Source: Terriglobia bacterium
Lineage (GTDB): Bacteria > Acidobacteriota > Terriglobia > Acidiferrales > UBA7541
NCBI GenBank assembly: GCA_963695545.1
Contig: OY968796.1
Span: 3,008,001 to 3,072,000, forward strand
Reading direction: 5' to 3'
Length of the DNA stretch: 64,000 bases
A program made the translations under genes and the position numbers. Of the stretch, positions 1 through 8,589 are shown in pieces; within the stretch, counting starts at the first letter, position 1; every line of letters begins with the position of its first letter. The notes below the pieces were generated by a model, which saw only the letters and a program-made list of their open reading frames with translations, searched no databases and was not told the DNA's origin.

Positions 1-1120
1 GAGCGGCCATCAACGAATCGTTGGGATAAAAGTGGTCCACGTTCTCCGGCGTGACGAGTTGGTGCTTGGTGAAAACGGCGGGCGGAGTGGGTTTCCCTTC
101 GAGAATGTCCAGAGCCAGGCGAATCAAATTTGGGCCGTATTTTTCGGGGAAGTAGGCAACCGAGCCAATCAGTCGCGTGTCGTTCTCGCGAAGTTCCGCG
201 CGGCCTTCCGGTTCCGCATTCTGGCCCACCACGGCGCATTCGCCGGCGCGCCCCATTTCCTGAAATGCCCGCAACGCGCCGAGTGCGCTGGGGTCGGTTG
301 CAGCGCCGACCAGCGTATGTTTTGTTTTGGAAAAACGCAGATGCTTGCGCACGCACTCGAGCGTTTTTCGGAATTGACCGTCGCCGTCGATATGTTGCAC
401 ACCGCAGGAATCGCCCAGGTGCAGAACTTCGTTGATGCCCGCCAGCATTCCGCGCATGCGCGTTTGCGGTATCGAGCCGGCGCGCGAAATTCCGAACAGC
501 AGCACCTCGTCCACTTGTCCGTGCCAGTGCGTGTGCGCCCAGCGTCCCAAGTGGCGGCCCGCGATCAAGCCCGCGTCGTAATTGTTCGCGCCGAAATAAG
601 TCGCGCCGGGGTGGGGAATATCGATCGCGATAATGGGAATCCCCGCTTTCAGATATCGTCCGGCGATTTCGGGCGCGACCGATTCGTCGGTTTGAAATTC
701 GATCACCAGATTCACTTCTTCGCGAATCAGTTGATCGGCGCTGCGCAACGCGATCTTCGGATCGTAGCGATTGTCCACCACAACAAGTTCGAGATCTGCG
801 TCCGCGGCAGCCTTGATCAAACTGGTGCGCACTTCGCGCGGGAACGAAGAGTCCTGCCCCTGCGCCGCGTAGCCGATGCGGTAACGCCGCCGCGGACGCG
901 TTCCGGAAACAAGGCGGTAGCGGTTCTCACCAACTTTTTCGACGAAGCCGCAGGCGTGGAGCGTGTAGAGCAGCCGAAAGCACATGCCTTTGTTGAAGCC
1001 AGTGTGCGCGGCGACATCGCGCAGACGCAGAATTTCGCTATTGCCCTGGAACGCGTTGACGATCTGAAACGCGTGGACCAGGGATTTGACCATGTAGCGA
1101 TTGTCGGCAGGTCGTTTCAT
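1..1120 (-). CDS. IclR-type HTH fused to a periplasmic-binding-protein-like (sugar-binding) domain; 3' end runs off the window
   Basis: Manual minus-strand translation from ATG 1120: MKRPADNRYMVKSLVHAFQIVNAF...LRDVAARTGFNKGMCFRLLYTL (IclR HTH), then RIGYAAQ...IPIIAIDIPHPGATYFGANNYDAG (RbsB-like). Missing from the track because there is no stop in the window. Confidence 0.8.
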   Translation of the reverse strand, partial: MKRPADNRYMVKSLVHAFQIVNAFQGNSEILRLRDVAAHTGFNKGMCFRLLYTLHACGFVEKVGENRYRLVSGTRPRRRYRIGYAAQGQDSSFPREVRTSLIKAAADADLELVVVDNRYDPKIALRSADQLIREEVNLVIEFQTDESVAPEIAGRYLKAGIPIIAIDIPHPGATYFGANNYDAGLIAGRHLGRWAHTHWHGQVDEVLLFGISRAGSIPQTRMRGMLAGINEVLHLGDSCGVQHIDGDGQFRKTLECVRKHLRFSKTKHTLVGAATDPSALGALRAFQEMGRAGECAVVGQNAEPEGRAELRENDTRLIGSVAYFPEKYGPNLIRLALDILEGKPTPPAVFTKHQLVTPENVDHFYPNDSLMAA

Positions 1121-1654
1121 GTCGGTATCGTTCGCGCCGGTGCGCGCGCCACTTCGACGGCGAATGTCTTGATTCCTCCCAGCAAATCGTTTCGCATTGT
1201 ATAACACACGTTGGAATCGGTCCTCAGAGAAATTGTCGCTATTTGTGTATGTGCCTTACACATAGCTGATAACAGGGGCCTTACACTTATCGCCCTGGCG
1301 ATGAAAGTTCTGTGCTGCGAAACGAGCCCGCGCGACAGCCTTTCGCTTGACCACTTCCCGGGGCAGGATGTAAACGACACGCTGTTCTTGCCTTATGGAA
1401 GCATGTTCTGTGGGACTCTCGGCGCCCGGCTGATGTTTCAACTGCCGAATCCGAAGGCGCCGGGCCGACACAGGGCCTGCTTCTATCGTGGCTGGGGTGC
1501 TGCGATATAGAACAGTCAATATGCATCGCGGGGTAGGGAAATGCAGGGCGGCAGAGGCGATTTGGATTTGCTTCGGCCGATTCGTTTCCATGCCCCGTAT
1601 AGAGATCCGCGCATTCTGGAGCTGGCATTGCGTTATCGGTTCTAGAACGCGGTC

Positions 1655-1731
1655 AAAGGAGCCGCATCCAAGGCGGAGAGGAAGGCCCCGGACGCCTCCC
1701 AGAGCCTGCTTCTCCGCCGGCTCCTTTTTTT
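1655..1731 (+). terminator. GC-rich nested hairpin followed by a T-run (intrinsic terminator or attenuator)
   Basis: AAAGGAGCCG...CGGCTCCTTTTTTT encloses GGCGGAGA...TCTCCGCC. Confidence 0.5.
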
Positions 1732-1942
1732 GCAACAGATGGTAGCGTTGATCCACGCTTCCCGATTTGAATTTCGTCCTGCGATCCTCTTTAACTCCGA
1801 GCAGAATTTCCGCCGCCGATAAATCGCTCCGAATTTGGCAGCAACTTTTTTCTAGCCCCGGTGTTTCACGCTCATTGGGGGTGCGGCGCGCAATTTGGCC
1901 GGCCCGAGCCATTATCCTTTTTCGAGATTGAAGGAGAGCGAT

Positions 1943-3364
1943 ATGCACGGACTGAAGCGACTTCCGGCGTGGTTTCTCGTTTTGCCGCTCGCGATTTGGG
2001 CGGCGGGCTGCGGCAGCACAGGGTCTTCGTCGGGTTTGGGAGGAGGCGGCGGGCAGCAGCAGACGGCTTCGGTGTTCACGATTGGCACGGACGCTTCTTT
2101 GCCGAGCGTCATATCGTGCGCGGTCACGGTGAACTCGGTGACTTTGTACAACGGCACGAACAACATTCTCGTAATGTCGACGCCGCAGATTGTGGACTTC
2201 GCGCAATTGAGCGGACTTCATCAGCTCCTCGATCTGAATACCGTGCCGACGGGAACTTATACTTCGGCGACGGTGACGATTGCAGCGCCGACGATCGGCT
2301 ATATCAACACTGGCGTCACGCCGCCGACGATCACGAACCTCAACGGGACGTTGCCGACTAATCCTAATCCGGACCCCGTCGTGGTGCCGCTCGCGGCGCC
2401 AGTGACGGTGGCCGCGAACGATCTGTACGGCGTGCGCATGGACTTCGACATACGGAAATCGCTGGCCGTGGACGGCAGCGGAAATATCACCGGCGCGGTG
2501 AATCCGGTGTTCGAGATGGCGCTGGTGAATTCGACCGACGCGACCGTTACGATCGACGATTTCCGCGGCGGCGTGGTCGGCGTCTCCGGACCGAACTCGT
2601 TCACGGTGCAAGGGCCGCTGGGGCGCGAGTGGAACGTGACCACCAGCAGCAGCACCTCGTTCGATACCAGCGAGCAAGTGGCCACCTTCACGACCGACGG
2701 CAACACCATCGTGGACATCTCCGGCACGCTCGATCCGGTGACGCACAGCATCGACGCCACGGAAGTCTCCGTGATCTCGACCGATAAATTCCTGGTCGGC
2801 GGATTGTTCACTTACGTTCCGCCGCCGAGCGGTGGTAGGACCATCACAAATCTTTACGTGCGCTACGAGCTGCCGGCGATCAGCGGCCTTAGCCCGGGCG
2901 ATATCACGCCGATCACTTTGAACGGCACGGAGCGATATGGCATCGCGAACATCAGTTCGCCGATCACCAATCTGCTGTTCGGATATTCGCTGCTGACGAC
3001 GGGGCAGCGCGTGGACGTCGGCGGCATGGTGCAAACGGTGAACGGCGTGACCACGCTTACGCCGCACCGCGTGATTCTCGGGCGGCAAGGGCAGGAGGGA
3101 TCGTGGGTGGTCGGCAGCACGTCGATCACGTCGGGCAACGCGGGCAGCTTCTCGTTGCTCGACAATGGAACGGCGGGGATTCTCTTGCCGAGTCCGCTTA
3201 CGGTGCTGACGTTCGCGCAGACGAATTTCATCAACCTGAGCGGCCTTTCGGCGCTGACCGGCGGGGCTGCGATTCCGATTCGCGTGGTCGGCTTCATACT
3301 CATCAATCCCGTGACGCACCAGCCGGTGATGGTGGCGCGTTCGGTGGAAGAACTCACTTCATAA
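1943..3364 (+). CDS. Lipoprotein, DUF4382/DUF5666-like beta-rich protein
   Basis: RBS AAGGAG before ATG 1943; lipobox WAAGC; Ser/Gly linker; beta-rich body with DFDIRKS. Confidence 0.7.
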   Translation: MHGLKRLPAWFLVLPLAIWAAGCGSTGSSSGLGGGGGQQQTASVFTIGTDASLPSVISCAVTVNSVTLYNGTNNILVMSTPQIVDFAQLSGLHQLLDLNTVPTGTYTSATVTIAAPTIGYINTGVTPPTITNLNGTLPTNPNPDPVVVPLAAPVTVAANDLYGVRMDFDIRKSLAVDGSGNITGAVNPVFEMALVNSTDATVTIDDFRGGVVGVSGPNSFTVQGPLGREWNVTTSSSTSFDTSEQVATFTTDGNTIVDISGTLDPVTHSIDATEVSVISTDKFLVGGLFTYVPPPSGGRTITNLYVRYELPAISGLSPGDITPITLNGTERYGIANISSPITNLLFGYSLLTTGQRVDVGGMVQTVNGVTTLTPHRVILGRQGQEGSWVVGSTSITSGNAGSFSLLDNGTAGILLPSPLTVLTFAQTNFINLSGLSALTGGAAIPIRVVGFILINPVTHQPVMVARSVEELTS

Positions 3365-3523
3365 CGGCGCCGGGAGTTCCGGCGTTGCGGATGTACGCGG
3401 CCTCGCGCGCGGTTTCCCCGGCGCGAGGCCGCGGTGTTTTTGGGCGCGTTCGCTCGGGACACGAGGCGCGGCGAGCGACGGGCGGGCTGGCGCACGGGGA
3501 TTTTTCGCAGTGTGGCGCGCGGG

Positions 3524-3798
3524 CCCTATATACACCCCGGTGTGTTTTTGCGAAAGTGTTGAAATCACAGGGGTTGCAGGGAAAGAGTGCGGATGAGTGT
3601 GAAAAGACAGCAAGTTGATGTTCTGTTGTTTCAATGGATTACGCACTCTTTTGCAATCGATTGGAAATGCAGGGGTTGCGGAGGCGTTTTCGTGCAAATG
3701 AATGCGTTTGTTGTTGGGGCGATCGGTCGAGCGCGTGGCCGGAAGGTGTCGTTCGCAGTTCATGCATGAGCATAACACGCACAATACTACTGTGTCAA
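3524..3798 (-). repeat. Dispersed intergenic element, copy A, with its own sigma70-like promoter
   Basis: Shares CTATATACACCC(C)GG..TGTTTT(T)GCG and the AAAGAGTGCG/CGCACTCTTT inverted repeat with 38321-38632 and 61590-61822; TTGACA-N18-TATGCT on the minus strand. Confidence 0.75.
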
Positions 3799-3983
3799 CA
3801 TCAATCTATGGGTTATTCGAATACGTTGGGTAATTTTTATCCGCGTTGCGGAGGCGCGGCGTTTTGGGGCGGATGTTTTTATTCGAATAGGTTGTGCGTT
3901 CGCGCATCGCGTTGATCTGTGTCGCGGAGTTTCGGGGCGATGCTAAGGCGTTGGTTTTCAAGTAAGATGGTAGGACTCACTGC

Positions 3984-4058
3984 AGGGGCGTAGCTCAGTG
4001 GTAGAGCAGTGGCCTTTTAAGCCAAAGGTCGTGGGTTCGATCCCCACCGCCCCTACCA
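3984..4058 (+). tRNA. tRNA-Lys (anticodon TTT)
   Basis: Acceptor stem AGGGGCG/CGCCCCT, D-arm TAGCTCAGTGGTAGAGC, anticodon loop CTTTTAA, T-loop GTTCGAT, encoded CCA. Confidence 0.97.
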
Positions 4059-4506
4059 CTCTTCTTGTTCACTTCACAGGACTTGCGAAAACCGCGAGGC
4101 AGCAAAAGGCAGCATTAAGAACAAATCGGCGTCGGCGCGAGGGAAAAACTCGCGGTACGGATGGCAAACTGACGCGAGGTAAACTGATAGAGTTCGCGCG
4201 CCGACAAACTCCCACCATGCCTCGCAGTGTTCGCAGTTATCCGTGGTGCGACCAACTCAAGGATTCCGGCGAGGGAAGAGACTGCTTCCGGAGTTGCGCT
4301 GACAGCCGCGAACGACGGCCAGAACCCGCCTCCAGTAAAGCATGTAGTTTTTATGCCCTGAAAGGCCTGAAGACACTAACTCACACTGGAGCGAATGCAA
4401 TGTCGAGCAGCCGAAGCGCTGACTGAAACGTATGGCCCTGCAGCACAACGAAACGCCCGCCCCAGCGCGTGATAGAATCCCCGTCATCGAATCGGTTCGG
4501 TGAGGC

Positions 4507-4950
4507 GTGAAAAACAATTTCCAGCGTGTCGGCTCTATTAGCAACGCTCACGTAGGAAGAGAATTCGAAGAAGCGGCACGGCTTTTCTTTGCCGGAACAG
4601 GTATTTCGCTTGAGGGTGGATTTGTCGCCCCGGTCGGATACAAAGTGAAGAAGTCCCACAAATTCGATTTGGGCAGCGAAACCCCACCGATACTTGTTGA
4701 ATGCAAATCGTACACTTGGACGAGTGGCGGCAATTCACCGAGCGCGAAAATTAGGGGCTTGAACGAGGTCATGCTTTTGTTTAGCGTCGCCCCGGACCGC
4801 TATCGGAAGATCCTTTTCCTACTGAAACATCTAAGGAAGAACCTGAGCTTGGCCGCCCACTACATCAAAACACAGGGACACCTAATCGGTCCTAGTGTTG
4901 AGATATGGGAATTCGACCTCGATGCCAAGCGGGGCGAACGGGTATTCTGA
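4507..4950 (+). CDS. Stand-alone PD-(D/E)XK (restriction endonuclease-like) nuclease
   Basis: Motifs GREFE...KFDLG...ILVECKS fit the E..D..ExK catalytic layout. Confidence 0.65.
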   Translation: MKNNFQRVGSISNAHVGREFEEAARLFFAGTGISLEGGFVAPVGYKVKKSHKFDLGSETPPILVECKSYTWTSGGNSPSAKIRGLNEVMLLFSVAPDRYRKILFLLKHLRKNLSLAAHYIKTQGHLIGPSVEIWEFDLDAKRGERVF

Positions 4951-4992
4951 AAGTTCACACTGTCTTTGCTGCAACGACAGGAGGAGCAAGGA

Positions 4993-5271
4993 ATGCCTAC
5001 CGCTGAGGACTTCAGACTTGAACTGCACCGCATGATGTTGGAAGCGGTGAAAGAGGGCAGGGAATTTGCGGAAATCAACGCAGGTGATCTGCACAGGCGC
5101 GTGGGCGACTATCCTGGTAGGAATCACCGAATGCCAGTTTGCTGCGAAGTCATGCGGGGTGCACTTGCGCCGGATGCTGGGGATATAATCCGAGAACAGC
5201 CGCCGAGCGGACTAGGTGCCAGCTTGACCATACGATACGTGCTGCCACGCCCAGAACCGGTTCCGCTTTAG
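4993..5271 (+). CDS. Small hypothetical protein (92 aa)
   Basis: RBS GAGGAG; globular-looking sequence INAGDLHRRVGDYPG..HRMPVCCEVM..GASLTIRY; co-oriented 42 bp after the nuclease. Confidence 0.7.
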   Translation: MPTAEDFRLELHRMMLEAVKEGREFAEINAGDLHRRVGDYPGRNHRMPVCCEVMRGALAPDAGDIIREQPPSGLGASLTIRYVLPRPEPVPL

Positions 5272-5365
5272 GCACACATCGCTGCCTAGCTTTGCTAAGT
5301 TCACCATCAAGAAACGGTTCACGCACGAGGGATATACGTCTCTCGATTTGAAGTTGTAGAGACCG

Positions 5366-5782
5366 CTAGCCGGATGATCGAGCGAAGGGATTTCGAATCG
5401 TGAGTTGCCCATCGATCGTCTGGCCATCGTGAAGGTCTTCGGAATAGAGAGTCGCGCAACCAGCTTCCAACGCAGCGGCAACGACCAGCGCGTCATAGAT
5501 GTTGTAGCCGTGCTTCTCCGCAATTTTGAGTGCCGCTTCGTGCATTTCAATGGTGATGGGGATCGGAGAAGGGCAGAGAACTCGAAAAGCATCCAACGCT
5601 TCCGTCACGTCACTCCAGGACATCAAGATTTTTCGTCGAGCGACAGAAACAAATTCATTCAAGACCTGCACACTGAGTATCCCTCCCGATGCGAGGAGTT
5701 CCTCGGCTTGCGTGCTGCGTGGATCGTCTTGCGCCACAGCATAGATCAGCACGTTCGTGTCGAAGAAAGCCTTAACGGGCAT
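5366..5782 (-). CDS. vapC: PIN-domain toxin (VapC family)
   Basis: FFDTNVLIYA, QVLNEF, YDALVVAAA and LYSED acidic PIN motifs; overlaps the antitoxin stop. Confidence 0.9.
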   Translation of the reverse strand: MPVKAFFDTNVLIYAVAQDDPRSTQAEELLASGGILSVQVLNEFVSVARRKILMSWSDVTEALDAFRVLCPSPIPITIEMHEAALKIAEKHGYNIYDALVVAAALEAGCATLYSEDLHDGQTIDGQLTIRNPFARSSG

Positions 5783-6002
5783 TGGCCTCTTCCCGGTCAA
5801 AGACAAATCCGGGAGGCAAAGGACGTCGGAGTTTGCGTAGGCGAGCGAGCGCGTGATGTTTGCTTTGATCGCGGCCCACTTCGAAGACCCGGTCACGTGC
5901 GATCCGAATCTCGATCTGGTCGCCTTCTTTGAGATCTAGCGCGTCAACCACAGCCGTTGGCAACCGCACCGCCAGACTATTGCCCCATTTCGATACCTGC
6001 AT
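5772..6002 (-). CDS. vapB: AbrB/MazE-fold antitoxin (VapB)
   Basis: MQVSKWGNSLAVRLP...LDLKEGD; RBS AAGGAGG. Confidence 0.9.
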   Translation of the reverse strand: MQVSKWGNSLAVRLPTAVVDALDLKEGDQIEIRIARDRVFEVGRDQSKHHALARLRKLRRPLPPGFVFDREEANAR

Positions 6003-6014
6003 TGGGCCCTCCTT

Positions 6015-6037
6015 GATATACATTACAATTGTATATC
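6015..6037. promoter_or_regulatory. Probable vapBC autoregulatory operator
   Basis: Inverted repeat GATATACA-N7-TGTATATC immediately upstream of the vapB RBS. Confidence 0.6.
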
Positions 6038-6361
6038 CTATAGAGAATCTGCGCAACTCACTCCAGCGGTGCTTCATCGCAAGTGGCCGAGCACCTTTTC
6101 AATATCACAGCGGCCCCCCACATGCTTTACTCGGCGCAAGATAGGCCGTAGTCCGCTCCCACTGTAAAGCCCGCTTGTGCAGCTCCGCTCGGTATACCCC
6201 AACGGTGCTCGCTTCCGTGCCCCTCCGGGCGAAGCTCCAATGCGCTTTGGAGTTTGACAGTCGCGAAGCACGGCCAGAACGGGTGTGACGGGAGAGAAGT
6301 CTGTGACTGGCGCAGCCGTATTGACCAGCCCGAGTTTTTGTACCACGGTGAATGAGAGAGT

Positions 6362-7204
6362 CTACATCACAGCCGTCGACGGCGAACCGAGAATTGGCGG
6401 CACCAAGGGGCTACAGGCCACCGGCGCCGGTGGCCTGTAGCCCAGCGCTGAGTGCGGACGCAGCGTGTTGTACACCATCCGCCATTTCTCGATCACGATC
6501 TGCGCTTCCTTCAGCGAGTAAAAAATCTCTCCGTTCAAACATTCATCGCGCAATTTCCCGTTGAAGCTTTCGCAGTAGCCATTCTCCCAAGGGCTTCCCG
6601 GTTCGATGTACAGCGTCCCCGTTCCCACCTTCGCCAGCCAACTCCTCAGCTCCTTGGCCACGAACTCCGGGCCGTTGTCCGAGCGAATATGTTCCGGAAT
6701 TCCCCGGTAAAGCATCACGTCCGCCAGCGCTTCGATCACTTCGTATCTCCCCAGCCTTCTCGCCACGCGGATCGCCAGGCACTCCCGCGTGTATTCGTCG
6801 ATCAGCGTCAGCATTCGCAGTGTTCGGCCGTCGTGGGTCATCGCGCTCACGAAATCGTAGCTCCACACATGGTTGGCTCGTTCCGGCCGGAGACGAACAC
6901 ACGATCCGTCGTTCAACCACAGCCTTCCTCGCGGCCTTTGTCCCTGCGGCACTTTCAGCCCTTCGCGCCGCCAGATCCGCTGCACCCGATCCTTGCCCAC
7001 ATACCAGCCCCGTGCTTGCAACAGCGCCGTGATCCTCCGATAGCCGAAGCGCCCGTACTCGCTGGCCAGCGCCACGATGTCTCGCGTCAGCGCGTCTTCA
7101 TCCGTTCGGTGGATCACCTCGTAGCGTTGTGTCCCTCTCCACTGCCCCAGCAACCGGCAGGCATGCCGCTCTGATACTTGGTAGCTCTCGCGTGCATGCT
7201 CCAC
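6362..7204 (-). CDS. IS3 transposase OrfB (DDE integrase core), reached by -1 frameshift
   Basis: VWSYDF, RSDNGPEF, PGSPWENGYCESFNGKLRDE; slippery heptamer GGGAAAC at 7240-7234 at the end of orfA. Confidence 0.92.
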   Translation of the reverse strand: MEHARESYQVSERHACRLLGQWRGTQRYEVIHRTDEDALTRDIVALASEYGRFGYRRITALLQARGWYVGKDRVQRIWRREGLKVPQGQRPRGRLWLNDGSCVRLRPERANHVWSYDFVSAMTHDGRTLRMLTLIDEYTRECLAIRVARRLGRYEVIEALADVMLYRGIPEHIRSDNGPEFVAKELRSWLAKVGTGTLYIEPGSPWENGYCESFNGKLRDECLNGEIFYSLKEAQIVIEKWRMVYNTLRPHSALGYRPPAPVACSPLVPPILGSPSTAVM

Positions 7205-7227
7205 CGCGCTACGTCGCCGCTCAGGGC

Positions 7228-7506
7228 TTAGAAGTTTCCCTCTGCCACATCCTTCAGAATTTGCTTCTCCAACGAAAGCTCCGCCACCAACCGTTTCAGC
7301 TTGGCGTTTTCCCGCTCCAACTCTTTGAGGCGTTTCGCTTGATCCAACTTCAGGCCGCCGTATTCCTTCCGCCAGCGGTAGTAGGTCTGCGCGGTGATCT
7401 CGGCTTCCTTGCAGGCTTGTGGGGTGCTCTTTCCGTTGGCGATTTCAACTTCAACTTGCCGCAGCAGCGTGACGATCTGCTCCGGCTTGTATCTCCTCAT
7501 CGGCAT
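7228..7506 (-). CDS. IS3 transposase OrfA (HTH)
   Basis: YKPEQIVTLLRQ...TYYRWRKEYGG...RLKELERENAKLKRLVAELSL. Confidence 0.9.
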   Translation of the reverse strand: MPMRRYKPEQIVTLLRQVEVEIANGKSTPQACKEAEITAQTYYRWRKEYGGLKLDQAKRLKELERENAKLKRLVAELSLEKQILKDVAEGNF

Positions 7507-7713
7507 ACCAGCTTCCCTCCAGAGTGAATTCTCTCTCACTCCCGCTGGTACAAAAAACCCCGGTCAGGTCACGCGAAGGCGTAGGCGCATGATTGTGTGG
7601 GAGTTATAGAATGTTCTAGAGGTAAGGTGCCAAAACTGAGCCCCTTTAGCGCCGCGATAGCACAATATTAGTGAGGAAGTGCGAAAATTGGCAGAGTAGA
7701 TTCAGCAGGCTCG

Positions 7714-8427
7714 CTAATTTGATTTTTCCAAGTAACTTTTCCAAGCACTCAAGGACTCGAATGCGCTGGCGGGCACCGCGTTTGTGGCTAGTTGCCTCAG
7801 TCTAGCCAGCAGTAGTGCGCGCGTTTCGCGGAAAAAAGCGCGATCTTCGAGCAGATATGCGCAGTGGGCTCCAAGTAACCTGCCGTTTAGTTCGAGCGCG
7901 ATCCGCTCGGTGCGCATGTCCCGAACCATCTCTCTCTGTTCCTGCGCGTCCGCGACAGCCGTTGCTAGCGTGTCGAGCCACTCCCGTGTTGCATGGTTGA
8001 TCGCTTTGGCAACCGGTTCCGGCCGGTTCGCATATTCGAAGATCGCGCCGGTAAAGAAATAAGCCCCCGAAAATACGTGCCGTTCAACATGGAGCAGCCA
8101 CAAATCACAGAGTTTCCAGAGATGTTCGATGCCTCGGCCATTGGTCGGCGCTGGCCGTAAGACCGAATCGGCAAAAACATCCCTGGCCTTTTCAATTGTT
8201 GCCAACTCCGGGGCCTGCTTGGAACGGAAGTGGGCGAACAATCCGCTTTTGCTCATTTGGAGTTCTTTTGCCAGGCGGCCGATAGTCAGAGCCGACAGCC
8301 CTTCTCGCGCAGCTATTTTTAGGGCGAGCGCCAAGATCGCCTGCCGCCTCCGTTCGCCTTGGGACCGAGGTCCAGTGGCTGGACCGGCGGTAGGGGATAG
8401 CTGGTTATTGAAACTCACGGCCAACAC
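7714..8427 (-). CDS. TetR/AcrR family regulator (start uncertain)
   Basis: GLSALTIGRLAKELQMSKSGLFAHFRSK HTH. Confidence 0.88.
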   Translation of the reverse strand: MLAVSFNNQLSPTAGPATGPRSQGERRRQAILALALKIAAREGLSALTIGRLAKELQMSKSGLFAHFRSKQAPELATIEKARDVFADSVLRPAPTNGRGIEHLWKLCDLWLLHVERHVFSGAYFFTGAIFEYANRPEPVAKAINHATREWLDTLATAVADAQEQREMVRDMRTERIALELNGRLLGAHCAYLLEDRAFFRETRALLLARLRQLATNAVPASAFESLSAWKSYLEKSN

Positions 8428-8541
8428 CTAAGAGCACGAACGTTCGCTTTCAAGACTTTCCTCCATTTATGCTGCGCCACTAAGCACGCCATGTATGACC
8501 TTCCGTGAATGTGTCCCGCGCCGGTCGCAGTAACAATGATC

Positions 8542-8571
8542 TTGACTGTTATATATAGCATACTATATAGT
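8542..8571 (+). promoter_or_regulatory. sigma70-like promoter with overlapping palindromic operator
   Basis: TTGACT-N18-TATAGT; TATATAG-cata-CTATATA lies in the spacer and -10. Confidence 0.55.
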
Positions 8572-8589
8572 CCGGCCGAGGGTATCGAG

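Larger units (their letters stand above)
6322..7571 (-). mobile_element. IS3-family insertion sequence (IS407-like), ~1250 bp
   Basis: Imperfect terminal IRs TGACCAGCCCGAGTTTTTGTACCA (from 6322) and TGACCTGACCGGGGTTTTTTGTACCA (minus strand from 7571); orfA/orfB layout. Confidence 0.9.

Noticed and set aside
32..1204. 390-aa plus-strand ORF
   Set aside because: Antisense shadow of the minus-strand IclR/sugar-binding gene, which has the recognisable motifs.
1440..1630. Possible c-di-AMP (ydaO) riboswitch: GCCGAATCCGAAGG, GGGG, GTAGGG
   Set aside because: The GGAACC and CAGCTAAC core elements are absent.
1256..3319. 687-aa minus-strand ORF and similar long shadow ORFs (15776-17479, 33984-35453, 35583-37562, 41510-42607, 49472-50668)
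   Set aside because: Arg-rich antisense frames opposite well-supported genes, as expected in high-GC DNA.
3998..4426. 142-aa ORF starting inside the tRNA
   Set aside because: Overlaps tRNA-Lys and the att arm region; no protein motif.
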